This document shows, piece after piece, positions 28,367-38,142 of a stretch of 64,000 bases of DNA. Each line of letters opens with the position of its first letter. Position 1 is the stretch's first letter. A program made the position numbers and the translations under genes. A model generated the notes under the pieces. It saw only the letters and a list, made by a program, of their open reading frames with translations. It did no database searches and was not told the origin of the DNA. This DNA comes from Candidatus Levyibacteriota bacterium (lineage in GTDB: Bacteria; Patescibacteriota; Microgenomatia; Levybacterales; UBA12049): contig PLZJ01000003.1 of the NCBI GenBank assembly GCA_003152105.1, forward strand, positions 70,899-134,898, given 5' to 3'.

Positions 28367-28572
28367 AAATGTTTATCTTTGGGTCATTATATAGATCAGT
28401 GTAACAAAATTCAATTATTGTCCTGTAGTACTTGCCATAGAATACGCTGTTTGCTATACTACCAAAGCTAAAATTGGCAACATACAACAAAAGCTGTTGT
28501 ACTTCTTGCTTTTTTGCATTTGCACATTTACAAGTTGCGGAAAATACATAAAACATTACAAGGAGAAAACGC

Positions 28573-28710
28573 ATGTTACTACTTATCGCTTTTGCTACTC
28601 AGATTTCCCATCACTCGCAGGCAGCTTCGCTATGGCAGATTTTGCTTGTTATGCTAGGACTCGGTTTAGGTATTCCAACTGCTGCCTTTTTGTTTGTCGA
28701 AACACTGTAG
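28573..28710 (+). CDS. Putative 45-aa membrane peptide
   Basis: AAGGAG, 8 nt, then ATG at 28573. Translation MLLLIAFATQISHHSQAASLWQILLVMLGLGLGIPTAAFLFVETL. Not in the ORF track. Confidence 0.3.
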   Translation: MLLLIAFATQISHHSQAASLWQILLVMLGLGLGIPTAAFLFVETL

Positions 28711-28764
28711 GAAGCTTCGAATCCAAATCGCTTAACAACTCAACTTTCATATTAGGAGTAAAAC

Positions 28765-28980
28765 GTGAAATCTATCGAATCTTTTTTTGCATCGCTCATC
28801 CTTGCACTTGCAATACTTGCACTCATATGTCTGGTCGTTGGATATGCATTCATCGTCGACTTTGGGTGGTATTTGTGGGGCATTCTCATTCTTGTGTATC
28901 CAGTCGTCTTTTTTGTTGTAGTTTTTTCAATGTTTTACATGGGAGTAACACATAAAAGAGAAGAAAGGAAACGACGATGA
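28765..28980 (+). CDS. Small two-TM membrane protein (71 aa), GTG start
   Basis: AGGAG at 28754-28758. Its TGA overlaps the next ATG (ATGA coupling). Confidence 0.45.
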   Translation: MKSIESFFASLILALAILALICLVVGYAFIVDFGWYLWGILILVYPVVFFVVVFSMFYMGVTHKREERKRR

Positions 28981-29264
28981 GACATCAATCGGTTGTTCAA
29001 GAGTATGACATAAGCACGTGGCGCTTTGGAAAGAATGAAGACGTTTTGCTTCGTCTGATTTTAGACCAGTTGTGCAGACACGACAACATCCACGTCGTTT
29101 GTTCAGTTGGCAGAAAGCTGTTTTACCTGAAATTTAGCTTTACGATTATCGTGAAGGGAGATTGGCTTGGACAAGTAGAGGGTGTTTGGCAAATGAAACA
29201 GTTTTGTAAAAAACATCACTTTAGTTTCGATGGACTTCAAAAAACCGACTACATGCATCTGTAA
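28977..29264 (+). CDS. Hypothetical protein (95 aa), translationally coupled to the upstream gene
   Basis: ATGA overlap at 28977-28980. Confidence 0.45.
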   Translation: MRHQSVVQEYDISTWRFGKNEDVLLRLILDQLCRHDNIHVVCSVGRKLFYLKFSFTIIVKGDWLGQVEGVWQMKQFCKKHHFSFDGLQKTDYMHL

Positions 29265-29457
29265 CGACTGTCTCGCTCAAGACCACTACTCCTTTTTTCA
29301 AATCCGCAACACATATGTGCTGTGAGGCAAGCTCTGTCGTCAGACTTCTCTTTCCCAAGAGAAAACTCTAAACGTCACCTTGCCCACACTCATTTCATTA
29401 TATTTGAGAGTAAATTAGTATATTGACACCTGTGAAAAATCCCCCTACTATTAATAT

Positions 29458-29796
29458 ATGCTAGAGTTATTAGTTGGAATACTAGGAATGCTTGCAGGTC
29501 TTTATTTACTCCTTCTTTCACCAGGAGATTTCTTAAACTACCTCATTTTCATATTAGGACTGCTCATTTTATGGCGCTGGTATAAAAGAAAATATACTGT
29601 CTCAAAAAAAGCAAAAAAAAGCAAAAGTTCATTTGACGCAACAATCACTGCAATAGGATTTACCATCGCAGTACTTGGTATTGCACTGCAATTTATTGGC
29701 ATCTTGCTTGGCTTTTCTGTTCCAATGGTTGTTACAGCCCTTATTATTCTTGTCGGGCTAATGACCTTTATTCTTGGTATCTCTACGCGAAAATAA
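29458..29796 (+). CDS. Membrane protein (112 aa) with a basic cytoplasmic loop
   Basis: Four hydrophobic helices and a KRKYTVSKKAKKSKSS loop. Confidence 0.5.
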   Translation: MLELLVGILGMLAGLYLLLLSPGDFLNYLIFILGLLILWRWYKRKYTVSKKAKKSKSSFDATITAIGFTIAVLGIALQFIGILLGFSVPMVVTALIILVGLMTFILGISTRK

Positions 29797-29846
29797 CTTC
29801 GGTTGTTCTTTTTTCAGTTTTTACCTGGTTTTTTTAGTGAGTAATG

Positions 29847-29966
29847 TTTTGTGTGTGAGGAAAAGGGTGTCGTAAGGGTAAGTAGAGGCTGAAAGGCCAA
29901 AAAAAGTCACTCATGTGACTAGTGTTGACCAAACAACATACTCACCCTCACGGCGCACTTACATAC
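29847..29966. repeat. About 120-nt structured G/T-rich element, second copy of the hairpin module seen at 18621-18720
   Basis: Begins TTTTGTGTGTG and ends ...ACTCACCCTCACGGCGCACTTAC, with an inner AGTCAC-TCAT-GTGACT hairpin. Lies between the convergent genes ending at 29796 and 29977. Confidence 0.35.
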
Positions 29967-29976
29967 AGAGATTGAA

Positions 29977-30174
29977 CTAGTGGGAAAGACGGAAGAGGCG
30001 ACGCAGAATCTCTCGTGACTCTTTTGGTTGTGTGATGAAAAGTGACGCTAGCAAATAGCCAATAATTGACAAAATTGCAACTGCGGCAAACATCATCACT
30101 GCGCTAAAGATATATACGACGAATTTGGACGCGACGGTTGTCATGTTAATGTCCTTGTGATCGAGTTGGTTCAA
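29977..30174 (-). CDS. Small membrane protein (65 aa)
   Basis: ORF track. One or two TM helices. Overlaps the upstream gene. Confidence 0.3.
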   Translation of the reverse strand: MNQLDHKDINMTTVASKFVVYIFSAVMMFAAVAILSIIGYLLASLFITQPKESREILRRLFRLSH

Positions 30175-30715
30175 TTGCGATACTTCGTGCCTTAATCATA
30201 CTGTTTGCATTTTCGAAGTGACGATCTGGCTCGAGTCCGTGAACGTATAGACAGAGTAAAAATCCATCTTCATTTCGAATAAACTCGAGCTTTGCGACGG
30301 TGCCGATTTGTATGACTTTTGATTCTCCTTTTTTTGTATTTGTGACGATTTCCCATGCAAGGTCGAGTAATTGATCTTGATCGCATACTTTCTCAAGCTG
30401 TGAAACCATTTCTTTCTGTACCTCTTGGAAGTGATCATACACCTGCATCAAGTTGACGAAGATGTCGACGATTCCTTCCGCAAGATAGAAGCTTTTGACG
30501 TGCTCAAACTCAGCGTTTGCCACAAGACCTGCAAGTGTGATAGTAACGTCTTCGCCCTTTGCATCATATACGTACGGTGCCGGAGAGTTGAGCCACTTTT
30601 TAACACTGCGTCTTGTGCGATGTCGTCGTTCGATAAACCGAAGAAGCTTCTTTCCTTCATCTGTACGGTACAAAACGTCTTTGATGTCATCAAACGTAAC
30701 ATTGGAAAAATCCAC
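30146..30715 (-). CDS. Hypothetical protein (189 aa), higher GC
   Basis: ORF track. No recognisable domain. Confidence 0.5.
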   Translation of the reverse strand: MDFSNVTFDDIKDVLYRTDEGKKLLRFIERRHRTRRSVKKWLNSPAPYVYDAKGEDVTITLAGLVANAEFEHVKSFYLAEGIVDIFVNLMQVYDHFQEVQKEMVSQLEKVCDQDQLLDLAWEIVTNTKKGESKVIQIGTVAKLEFIRNEDGFLLCLYVHGLEPDRHFENANSMIKARSIAIEPTRSQGH

Positions 30716-31251
30716 AAGCGCTCCATTTTATTGTATTTCCCAAAAGTTAGGGAAGAAAAAAGAATAGTATTACTCGTCTTTCTTCCCTAACCTTCCATTC
30801 TCAGTTGTAAACGTGCGAAAAAACTCAGAAAGAGACAATGGAAAAACAGCTATTGCAATTCGATGTCATTTTCTGTGTAGGAAGTATAGCACAAAATGCT
30901 CTGTAATCTCAACTATAGGGTGTTATTTTATACCTCAACAAAAGTCTTATAATAATTGACTTTACCTCTTGGGAGGCATATAATTCCCACACAGTCGTTG
31001 GTGACTTTCGTATACTACAGTACATAAGCTGTGCTTTTGTGACAAAAGATATCAACACTTACTCGCACATTAAAAACAAAACCTATATCCTAGAGTGTCA
31101 TTTGCTCTGGTTGCAGGAAAAGAGGGGAAAACGTTTTTCTCTTGTTTTTCTGCAATCACCAAGCAACACACATAAAAGGAGTACATATACAACAACGCGT
31201 CTGGCTATTTCGTTTCATTCTCATCTCACAACAAAAGGAAGGTAAGTGAAC

Positions 31252-32484
31252 ATGCTTTTTCGCGTCGCAACTATGGCTTTTTCGCTCTCGTTTCTCTCAA
31301 CTGCTGGTATCGCAAGCGCATCTTCACAGATGACAAATGCGCAGACCGTGCAGGCAAACATTCTCTCAGCACAACTGACGAAAACATCGTTTGTGGACAG
31401 CAACGGACAAAGCGTCTCACTTCCACAAGTGCAGCTTTGGACGTGGATCAATGGCCCCCAGGTTTCGTACCAAGTCATGGCATATGGTCCCATTCAAAAC
31501 GGATCGTTTGAGCCAAGTCTTTCATCGATTCCAGCAAGTCAAATCCAAAACGGCCAAACCAACTACATGGTAGTAGGTATTGCACCTGATGGCTATTCTG
31601 AACCGATTACTGACGGCATTGTCTATGCAGGAAGTGACCAAGCACAAACTGAGCAAATTGCAAATGAGCAATCAAGCTTTGCGAGAGTCACTGTCTCACA
31701 AGATGAGCTTTCAGCACTGTCTGGAACAACAGCGCAGTCGCAAGGAGCACATCCGCCGGACAACTGTATTGCCCCCCTAGGAGGGTATGTATACGTGTGG
31801 CTTCATAGTTACACGGATAAGTACACGGCAATTGGACAAGTGCATTCGATTCCAGGACTTCATAAAGTAATGCTCTCAATCCATCACGGCGCAACAGCGA
31901 CAGTGACAGCAGGTCTTTCAAAAGACTTTGGAGCAAACTTTAGTGTCGATGGAGAAGTCGGCGTTACCAACACACAGGAAAGCTCAATCAAGCGGCCCTT
32001 TGTAAATGTTGGTAACTATGCGCACACGCTCAAACTGCAGTACAAGTACGACCATCAGTCCCTTGAGTACCGCTGCTGGTACATTGACTATCATGGATAC
32101 AAGAAGAAGTGGTACGTCCACCATTTCCCTTGGGTTCATGTGGTAGCAAACAACTGGGACGGCGGCGGCTATATTGTCGGCAAAGACGTGTCCTACATGG
32201 ACAACTGGACGCCAAAGCAACTACGCAGTAGAACCGTAAGTCAACTCTGTTGTGGTGAAGAATACACCACCGGAGGACAAAAGGCGTTAACTGAAACTGG
32301 TGCTGTAACAGCATGGGGCTTCACCGCATCAGCTACGCTTGGCTTTTCAAACAGCACTGAACTTTCGATTCAAGCTGCAGACAGCGGAAGAGTGTGTCTT
32401 TACGATGCAGTCGAAAATCTTCCTGTCAATCTGGCAAGCGTGGTTGACGAAACAAAGTACTACGGCAATCACTGTCAACAATAA
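31252..32484 (+). CDS. Secreted hypothetical protein (about 410 aa) with a signal peptide
   Basis: Signal peptide MLFRVATMAFSLSFLSTAGIASASS. AAGGAAGG RBS. About 50 % GC. Cys-containing extracellular domain. Confidence 0.6.
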   Translation: MLFRVATMAFSLSFLSTAGIASASSQMTNAQTVQANILSAQLTKTSFVDSNGQSVSLPQVQLWTWINGPQVSYQVMAYGPIQNGSFEPSLSSIPASQIQNGQTNYMVVGIAPDGYSEPITDGIVYAGSDQAQTEQIANEQSSFARVTVSQDELSALSGTTAQSQGAHPPDNCIAPLGGYVYVWLHSYTDKYTAIGQVHSIPGLHKVMLSIHHGATATVTAGLSKDFGANFSVDGEVGVTNTQESSIKRPFVNVGNYAHTLKLQYKYDHQSLEYRCWYIDYHGYKKKWYVHHFPWVHVVANNWDGGGYIVGKDVSYMDNWTPKQLRSRTVSQLCCGEEYTTGGQKALTETGAVTAWGFTASATLGFSNSTELSIQAADSGRVCLYDAVENLPVNLASVVDETKYYGNHCQQ

Positions 32485-32495
32485 CTGGAGGTAAG

Positions 32496-33110
32496 ATGAG
32501 GGTTTTTAAGATCGTCGGCTCAGTCTTTGTTCTTGTCATTTTGGTAGGGTGCTTAACGGGCGCGATTCGAAGCGGTGCTGTTCATTCTTCCCATGCGTTC
32601 CTCAAACATACGTTTACCACAACAGTGAAAAACACTACTGTTGGGCAGACAATCAACTGGGGATCGGGAATTGAGAACACATCACCAAGCACTGTCATTA
32701 TGCAACAGGCACTGCTTGAAAACGATTCAAGTACTGATGCACCACTTGGCAGCGGCTCATTAGTTAACGAGGCAATAACAGATCACAACAGTGGTCTTGT
32801 TGGCGTTTGCGTCGGATGGCCTCCATGCAACGGGTACAAATGGGGAACAACACCTCATCCAAACAACTTTGCATTCAAAGGTAACACCATCGGCAATATC
32901 ATGCTCTCGTTTGTCATCCAAACACCCGGTGTCTACCAATTTGAACTGGTTCTCCAGTACAAACTCACCGGCATGCCAGGAGGATCGTTTGCAGACCCGT
33001 TTTTTGGCGCACCACTTGTGACAGAACACACACAACAGTTCCTAAACATATGCGTTTCCGAAAAAACACGCAAATGCAACGCGCTCCTTTCAACACTCCC
33101 AATACATTAG
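32496..33110 (+). CDS. Putative lipoprotein (204 aa)
   Basis: Lipobox-like LVGC after the signal helix. Adjacent to and co-oriented with the secreted protein. Confidence 0.55.
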   Translation: MRVFKIVGSVFVLVILVGCLTGAIRSGAVHSSHAFLKHTFTTTVKNTTVGQTINWGSGIENTSPSTVIMQQALLENDSSTDAPLGSGSLVNEAITDHNSGLVGVCVGWPPCNGYKWGTTPHPNNFAFKGNTIGNIMLSFVIQTPGVYQFELVLQYKLTGMPGGSFADPFFGAPLVTEHTQQFLNICVSEKTRKCNALLSTLPIH

Positions 33111-33270
33111 CCTATTAGGTTTTGTCGCGAGTCTAAGATGGGTCGGTTAAGTGATTAAATTCACGTATGCTAGTTCTACTAGTATATTTCCGACCCCTCT
33201 TATTCTCATCATTTTCCAAAACAACTTTATCTTTTTTAACAATCAAAAAATATGACAATTTTTTCTCTTC

Positions 33271-33290
33271 TTATATATATAAGAAGGGGA
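33271..33290. repeat. Perfect 20-bp palindrome CTTCTTATATATATAAGAAG at the right boundary of the higher-GC block
   Basis: Seen directly in sequence. Confidence 0.4.
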
Positions 33291-33388
33291 GAATAATTTT
33301 TGCTGTTTTAGCTTCAAAATGGGTGTTTTTTTTCACCTATACCCTGTACTATTTTAGGTGATATATTTTTAGTTAAAAAAAGAGGAAT

Positions 33389-34183
33389 TTACCTATCTTG
33401 TTTTCCTTTTTTCCAGGAAACTGCAGTAAGAAGGGGAGCATATAAGTCGTCATCTAACCCAATATACACTGCATCGAGTTCTTCTTTTGTTGGATTTCTG
33501 TCCTGAAAGGATACAAACGGCAGATCTTCTATGATAGCAAGTGGCGTTTGCTCATTTCCTTCTCCCATAACAAGCACTGATGCAGACGCTAAACTATCGC
33601 CAATATGGAGTTTTTCGTATTGAAATAACCTACCAAAAATATCTGGGGTTCCGTCATAGTGCTTTAAGATTTCAAAACCAGAGTGGGCAATACACATACC
33701 TGTTACTCCCCAGCGCATTGGCGTTGTTTTTGAATCAGTAATAATGACGCCAACGTGTTTTAAATTAAATTTGGTTTGTAAAAAGGAACGGATCGTATTT
33801 GCACTTTCCTGTAAGTCCCTGGGCCAAAGAACGTAGCTTCCATTAGCATTTGATTCGTCTATCCCTGCAGCAGCTCCTAACATATTGTGTGAAATGGTAA
33901 TACACAAATTATATTTAGAAAGACTTCTTGGTAAAAAATATGCTGCTTCTTCTTCTATTAATTCATCTTTATCTCTTGTTAGTGGTGCTATTCTTCTCTG
34001 GGAGATTGCCATAATTTTTGACGTTATTGCAACAACACTGTTTTCAGATAGTTGGGTTATGTATTTATCTATTATCTGAGTAATGTCAGTGTCGGCTGTT
34101 GTAATGACACGTGTTTTTATTCCTGTTATTTTCACTACGGTATTATATAGGAAAGATGAGGGAGTTACAAAATTACCTGTCAT
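33389..34183 (-). CDS. CofE-like protein (F420-0:gamma-glutamyl ligase family)
   Basis: Family-typical GVIITDS...P.RWGVTGMCIAHSG region. 264 aa. Confidence 0.75.
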   Translation of the reverse strand: MTGNFVTPSSFLYNTVVKITGIKTRVITTADTDITQIIDKYITQLSENSVVAITSKIMAISQRRIAPLTRDKDELIEEEAAYFLPRSLSKYNLCITISHNMLGAAAGIDESNANGSYVLWPRDLQESANTIRSFLQTKFNLKHVGVIITDSKTTPMRWGVTGMCIAHSGFEILKHYDGTPDIFGRLFQYEKLHIGDSLASASVLVMGEGNEQTPLAIIEDLPFVSFQDRNPTKEELDAVYIGLDDDLYAPLLTAVSWKKGKQDR

Positions 34184-34328
34184 GTAGCATGTCTGCTACA
34201 AACATTAGGGAAAGTACAATAAATGGTATACCAATAAAGTAGAAAAGTAATGCTTCTGTCATATTAAATCAATAATAGCAGGTGAGTTTGAGAAATAGAT
34301 GATATTAGTGTAAGAAATGGGAAAGAAC

Positions 34329-34679
34329 TTAAGAAACAAATTCTCCTTCAATGATATGAAGGTTGGCGTATTCTCGCAATATGTGTGCATTTCTAATATT
34401 TGCTTTCCAAAATAAATAACCAGCATCTCCTAAAACGGGAATTAATCCAAGCAGAAAATCAATACCAATATTTAAAAGCATAAGAAGCAGTTTTGGAAGA
34501 GGTAGTTTCATTTGTATACCAATCCATACAATATATAAAGAAAGTATCGTTGCGATTGCATCGCCAAATCCGGGAATAAGATCCAAGATTACGTTGAGTC
34601 CAATACGAAACGGCCCAATGCCAAACCTATTGTCTAAAAACATTGCCAGCATTTCAGCAGTTCTGACGTGTTGTTCCAT
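34329..34679 (-). CDS. DUF4112-like small membrane protein
   Basis: LD.IPGFGDAI and LGLIPVLGDAGY motifs with two TM helices. Confidence 0.55.
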   Translation of the reverse strand: MEQHVRTAEMLAMFLDNRFGIGPFRIGLNVILDLIPGFGDAIATILSLYIVWIGIQMKLPLPKLLLMLLNIGIDFLLGLIPVLGDAGYLFWKANIRNAHILREYANLHIIEGEFVS

Positions 34680-34741
34680 AACACAAATAGTATCATAGTA
34701 CGTTTGATTGTAGGGTAATAAATGCGTAAGAATTGTGGAGT

Positions 34742-35683
34742 TTACTCTTTGTTTCCGCTATGAAATGCAGTGTGAACTTCTCGCAGTTGCTTATTGGTAA
34801 CGTGGGTATAAATTTGTGTTGTTGCAATATTTTTGTGCCCAAGCATTTCTTGCACTGAGCGCATATCTGCGCCATTTGATAAAAGATCTGTTGCAAAACT
34901 ATGACGCAAAGTATGTACAGTTGCATCAACTGGAATTCTGGCAAGACGGGTATATTTTTTGACAATTCGCTCAATTGTTCGAACTGTTAAGCGCATTTTT
35001 TCTCCATTATTTTCCTCAGAAAGTCTACCTGAATAGCGAATGAAAAGTGGCTTGTAATGATCTTCTCGCATTGAAACATACCGATCAATCCATTCTGCTG
35101 CGCGATCAGAGATAAATACAAGTCGGTGTTTTCGTCCTTTGCCAATAACACCAAATTCTCTTCTTTGTACGTTGATGTCTTGATGATTAAGCGACACAAG
35201 TTCTGATACACGAAGACCAGTTGAAAATAGCAGTTCTATAATTGTTCTGTCCCGAACACCTTCTTCTTTGCTCGTATCAACAGCAGTAAGTAAACGCTCT
35301 ACTTGTTCACGCTCCAAAAACTTAACTGATCTGCTTTCTGCTTTTGGCAAATCAATTTTTGATGGTTCAAGTGTCACATGATCATTTTTAATTAAATACC
35401 GAAGAAAAGACCGAAGCGCGATAATATAATAGTTTTGTGTAATACGCTTGAGTGTTAAATTATTTTGATCAACTCTGTTTGATAAGTACACACGAAATTT
35501 TCGGACATCCGAAAGAGTCAAATCTGCAACTTTTTTGCCAGGATAATTTTCCTCAAGCCACGCCGAGAAAACGAGTAAATAGTGACGGTAATCTCGAATA
35601 GTTAACTTTGAACAGTTTTTCTCGATTTCAAGATATTCTAAAAATTCGTTAATAAGAAGAACAAGAGCTGAAGGAGTTTCCAT
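34742..35683 (-). CDS. Tyrosine site-specific recombinase, XerC/XerD-like
   Basis: N-terminal SAM-like core-binding domain. Catalytic-region R...HxxR...Y pattern (HTLRHSFAT...TQIYTHV). Start placed at METPSAL. Confidence 0.85.
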   Translation of the reverse strand: METPSALVLLINEFLEYLEIEKNCSKLTIRDYRHYLLVFSAWLEENYPGKKVADLTLSDVRKFRVYLSNRVDQNNLTLKRITQNYYIIALRSFLRYLIKNDHVTLEPSKIDLPKAESRSVKFLEREQVERLLTAVDTSKEEGVRDRTIIELLFSTGLRVSELVSLNHQDINVQRREFGVIGKGRKHRLVFISDRAAEWIDRYVSMREDHYKPLFIRYSGRLSEENNGEKMRLTVRTIERIVKKYTRLARIPVDATVHTLRHSFATDLLSNGADMRSVQEMLGHKNIATTQIYTHVTNKQLREVHTAFHSGNKE

Positions 35684-35784
35684 GTAACAAGTATCTATAA
35701 ATATCGTTCTTTTGTCAAACAACACCTCTTACTACAAGCCTTTTTTCGTTGACAAAATACCTGTTTGTCTCGCATACTAAATAT

Positions 35785-37275
35785 ATGCGTGACGATTATA
35801 TTAAACTTATTAAAGAATATGTAGGACTTAGGCCTGATTATAAACACACCTTAAATGAAATTAGAGCACATGTACTCTTAATTGGCGCAACAGAGGAAGA
35901 ATTTAATAAAGCAATGCAAGATTTAACAGGCATTCCAAATGCTGTTGCAATGCTTCAGACAAAAGACCAGGTAGTACCAAGTGCTAGTGATGACCCAATA
36001 ACAAAAGTTGAAAAAGAGGTAAAAATACATAAAAAACTAAGTATTGTCGCAGCTTGTATACTCCTTTTTATTGTCGGAAGCGGAATATTCCTTGCAACGC
36101 TGACGGGCAAATCTAACCAAAGCACAATACTTTCAAAAAAAATAGTACTGCCAAAAAGTGCAAAAAGCTTACAAGAGGTGTATGCAAGTACATTTGCGAT
36201 AAATGGACAACAAGTCTTCTCATACCCTGCAAAAAACAAAGTACAGCTTGCAGTACCAAATAAACCACAAAAGCAAATTGTTGGGTTTTTCCCATACTGG
36301 ATGCTTGACGAGGCACAAAACATAACGCTCACTCCCTATACGCAGCTAAATTTGTTTTCTATTGATATGGATGGAAAAGGAAATGTTGTTAGTATTGATA
36401 GTAGTGGAACGCCTGATGGGGGATGGTCAATGTGGAATGACGATAACTTAAATCCATTAATTCAAAAAGCCAAAGCGCAAAATGTCAAAGTGCTTCTTAC
36501 CTTTCGCTCATTTGACAATTCTGATATTGAGCAACTTGTTGCCTCAGATGATAATCAAAAACGATTTATTGCAAATGCACTGTATATGGTGAATGAGAAA
36601 AACTTAGATGGGATAAATATTGATTTTGAGTATGTGGGAACACCAAGTGATGCAACACAACTTGGTTTTACTCGTTTTATCACTAACTTACATACTGAAC
36701 TACTTCGACAAGATCCAGGATCACTTCTAACCATTGATACGTATATATCCTCAGGTCAAACACCCAATCTGTTTGATATTTCTTCTTTGGTCGATGTATC
36801 TGATGCCTTAATTATCATGGGATATGACGTCCATACACCAGGCGGAGATCCGGGTTCCATTGCACCCATGCAAGGAGATTCAAATATCATAGGCTTTATG
36901 CAAAATTACTTAGAAAAAGTACCTGCAACAAAACTAATTCTGGCAGTACCATATTATGGCTATGATTGGCCGCTACCAGAGGCAAATGGTGCGGATTCAG
37001 GAGAACAAGTACAAATGGTGCCATATGCTGAAATTATTGCAAATACCGGGCAATATAAAATACAGTGGGATCCAAACTCTGAAACACCATGGTATACCTA
37101 TATAGACTCAAGCAATGTAACACACGAAGTACATTTTGAAGATGTTCGGTCTCTTGGCATAAAGTATGACTATATTAATGAAAAAGGATTACAAGGTGTT
37201 GGTGTATGGGCACTAGGATACGAGGGAAACAACAATGACTTAGATAATCTGATTATTAATAAATTCTCCCAGTAA
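35785..37275 (+). CDS. Membrane-anchored GH18 (chitinase-like) glycoside hydrolase
   Basis: Cytoplasmic N-terminus, one TM helix, then a GH18 domain with LDGINIDFEY (a DxxDxDxE variant; second Asp is Asn). Start uncertain: TTG at 35749 or ATG at 35785. Confidence 0.7.
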   Translation: MRDDYIKLIKEYVGLRPDYKHTLNEIRAHVLLIGATEEEFNKAMQDLTGIPNAVAMLQTKDQVVPSASDDPITKVEKEVKIHKKLSIVAACILLFIVGSGIFLATLTGKSNQSTILSKKIVLPKSAKSLQEVYASTFAINGQQVFSYPAKNKVQLAVPNKPQKQIVGFFPYWMLDEAQNITLTPYTQLNLFSIDMDGKGNVVSIDSSGTPDGGWSMWNDDNLNPLIQKAKAQNVKVLLTFRSFDNSDIEQLVASDDNQKRFIANALYMVNEKNLDGINIDFEYVGTPSDATQLGFTRFITNLHTELLRQDPGSLLTIDTYISSGQTPNLFDISSLVDVSDALIIMGYDVHTPGGDPGSIAPMQGDSNIIGFMQNYLEKVPATKLILAVPYYGYDWPLPEANGADSGEQVQMVPYAEIIANTGQYKIQWDPNSETPWYTYIDSSNVTHEVHFEDVRSLGIKYDYINEKGLQGVGVWALGYEGNNNDLDNLIINKFSQ

Positions 37276-37307
37276 TTACCACACATAACTTATAATATAG
37301 GTTCTTC

Positions 37308-37336
37308 TTGACAAATAGGATATTATGTCCTATAAT
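37308..37336 (+). promoter_or_regulatory. Consensus sigma-70 promoter: TTGACA, 17 nt, TATAAT
   Basis: TTGACA at 37308-37313 and TATAAT at 37331-37336. Followed by the hairpin CCCAAC-ATAATC-GTTGGG plus a T-tract (37358-37387) just before the 37402 start. Confidence 0.55.
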
Positions 37337-37401
37337 CCTTCAACTGTTAGTTAACTGCCCAACATAATCGTTGGGTTTTGTTGTTTTAACAGGCATTAAT
37401 A

Positions 37402-38142
37402 ATGAAACATATACCACATTTATTCGGATTTATCGCAAGTTTTATAGGTATTATAGTATTATTTTTACTGGTTGCCAAACCTGCCTATGGGACTTATACT
37501 CAACCTTCATTTCCTTCATGTTCAGCTCCTTCGGGTACAATAATCGCAAGTTATGCAACCGGAACGCACGCAATTGCAGGAGACCCAAATCTTCATACCG
37601 GTTCTGATACGGTATATCAAGAATCAGATATAACAGTTATGCAGTGTTTTTGTCCTGACGATTTAAGTGGAAAAGGTATTCAAACAAATTGGTGGGACGT
37701 TGCGGATTTATCATCTGATGACATACAAACACTAATTGGCAATGGATGGATAAATGAACCAAATGGATCTGATTGGGGACTCAATAACGCACCTTATCTT
37801 GCCATGAATAGCAATTTTGATTGTTCAGCCGAAACCCCAACACCTACACCAAGTGTGACGCCAGAAATAACGCCAACAGCAACGCCTTCGGCAACCCCAA
37901 CACCAAATCCAGGTAATGGATCAGGTGGTGGAGGATCGTCTTCAAGCTCATCTTCAAATTCAGGTGGTAGTTCAAGTACTAGCTCACAACCTGCAACCTC
38001 TCAACCTGCAGTACAAACGCTAGCTTCAACAGGTACATTTTTTGAAAACGCAATGAGTTATGTTTTTGGACTTGGCATATTATTTATACTTATGTCGCTT
38101 AACAATTATGTCAAAGAATCGTTCCAAATCAAAAAAAGCTAA
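37402..38142 (+). CDS. Sortase-substrate surface protein with LAXTG-type sorting signal (LASTG) and a Thr/Pro/Ser-rich linker
   Basis: Signal peptide, a Cys-containing domain, a TPTPTPSVTPEITPTATPSATPTPNPG...SSSSSSSNSGGSSSTSS linker, then LASTG, a hydrophobic helix and a basic tail. Confidence 0.7.
   Translation: MKHIPHLFGFIASFIGIIVLFLLVAKPAYGTYTQPSFPSCSAPSGTIIASYATGTHAIAGDPNLHTGSDTVYQESDITVMQCFCPDDLSGKGIQTNWWDVADLSSDDIQTLIGNGWINEPNGSDWGLNNAPYLAMNSNFDCSAETPTPTPSVTPEITPTATPSATPTPNPGNGSGGGGSSSSSSSNSGGSSSTSSQPATSQPAVQTLASTGTFFENAMSYVFGLGILFILMSLNNYVKESFQIKKS

Noticed and set aside
34742-35725. Tyrosine recombinase as the integrase of the 24.8-33.1 kb higher-GC block
   Set aside because: It has host-like AT-rich composition and XerC/D-like architecture. 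Two host-composition genes (cofE-like, DUF4112) separate it from the block, and no flanking direct repeats were found. It is more likely the chromosomal dimer-resolution recombinase.
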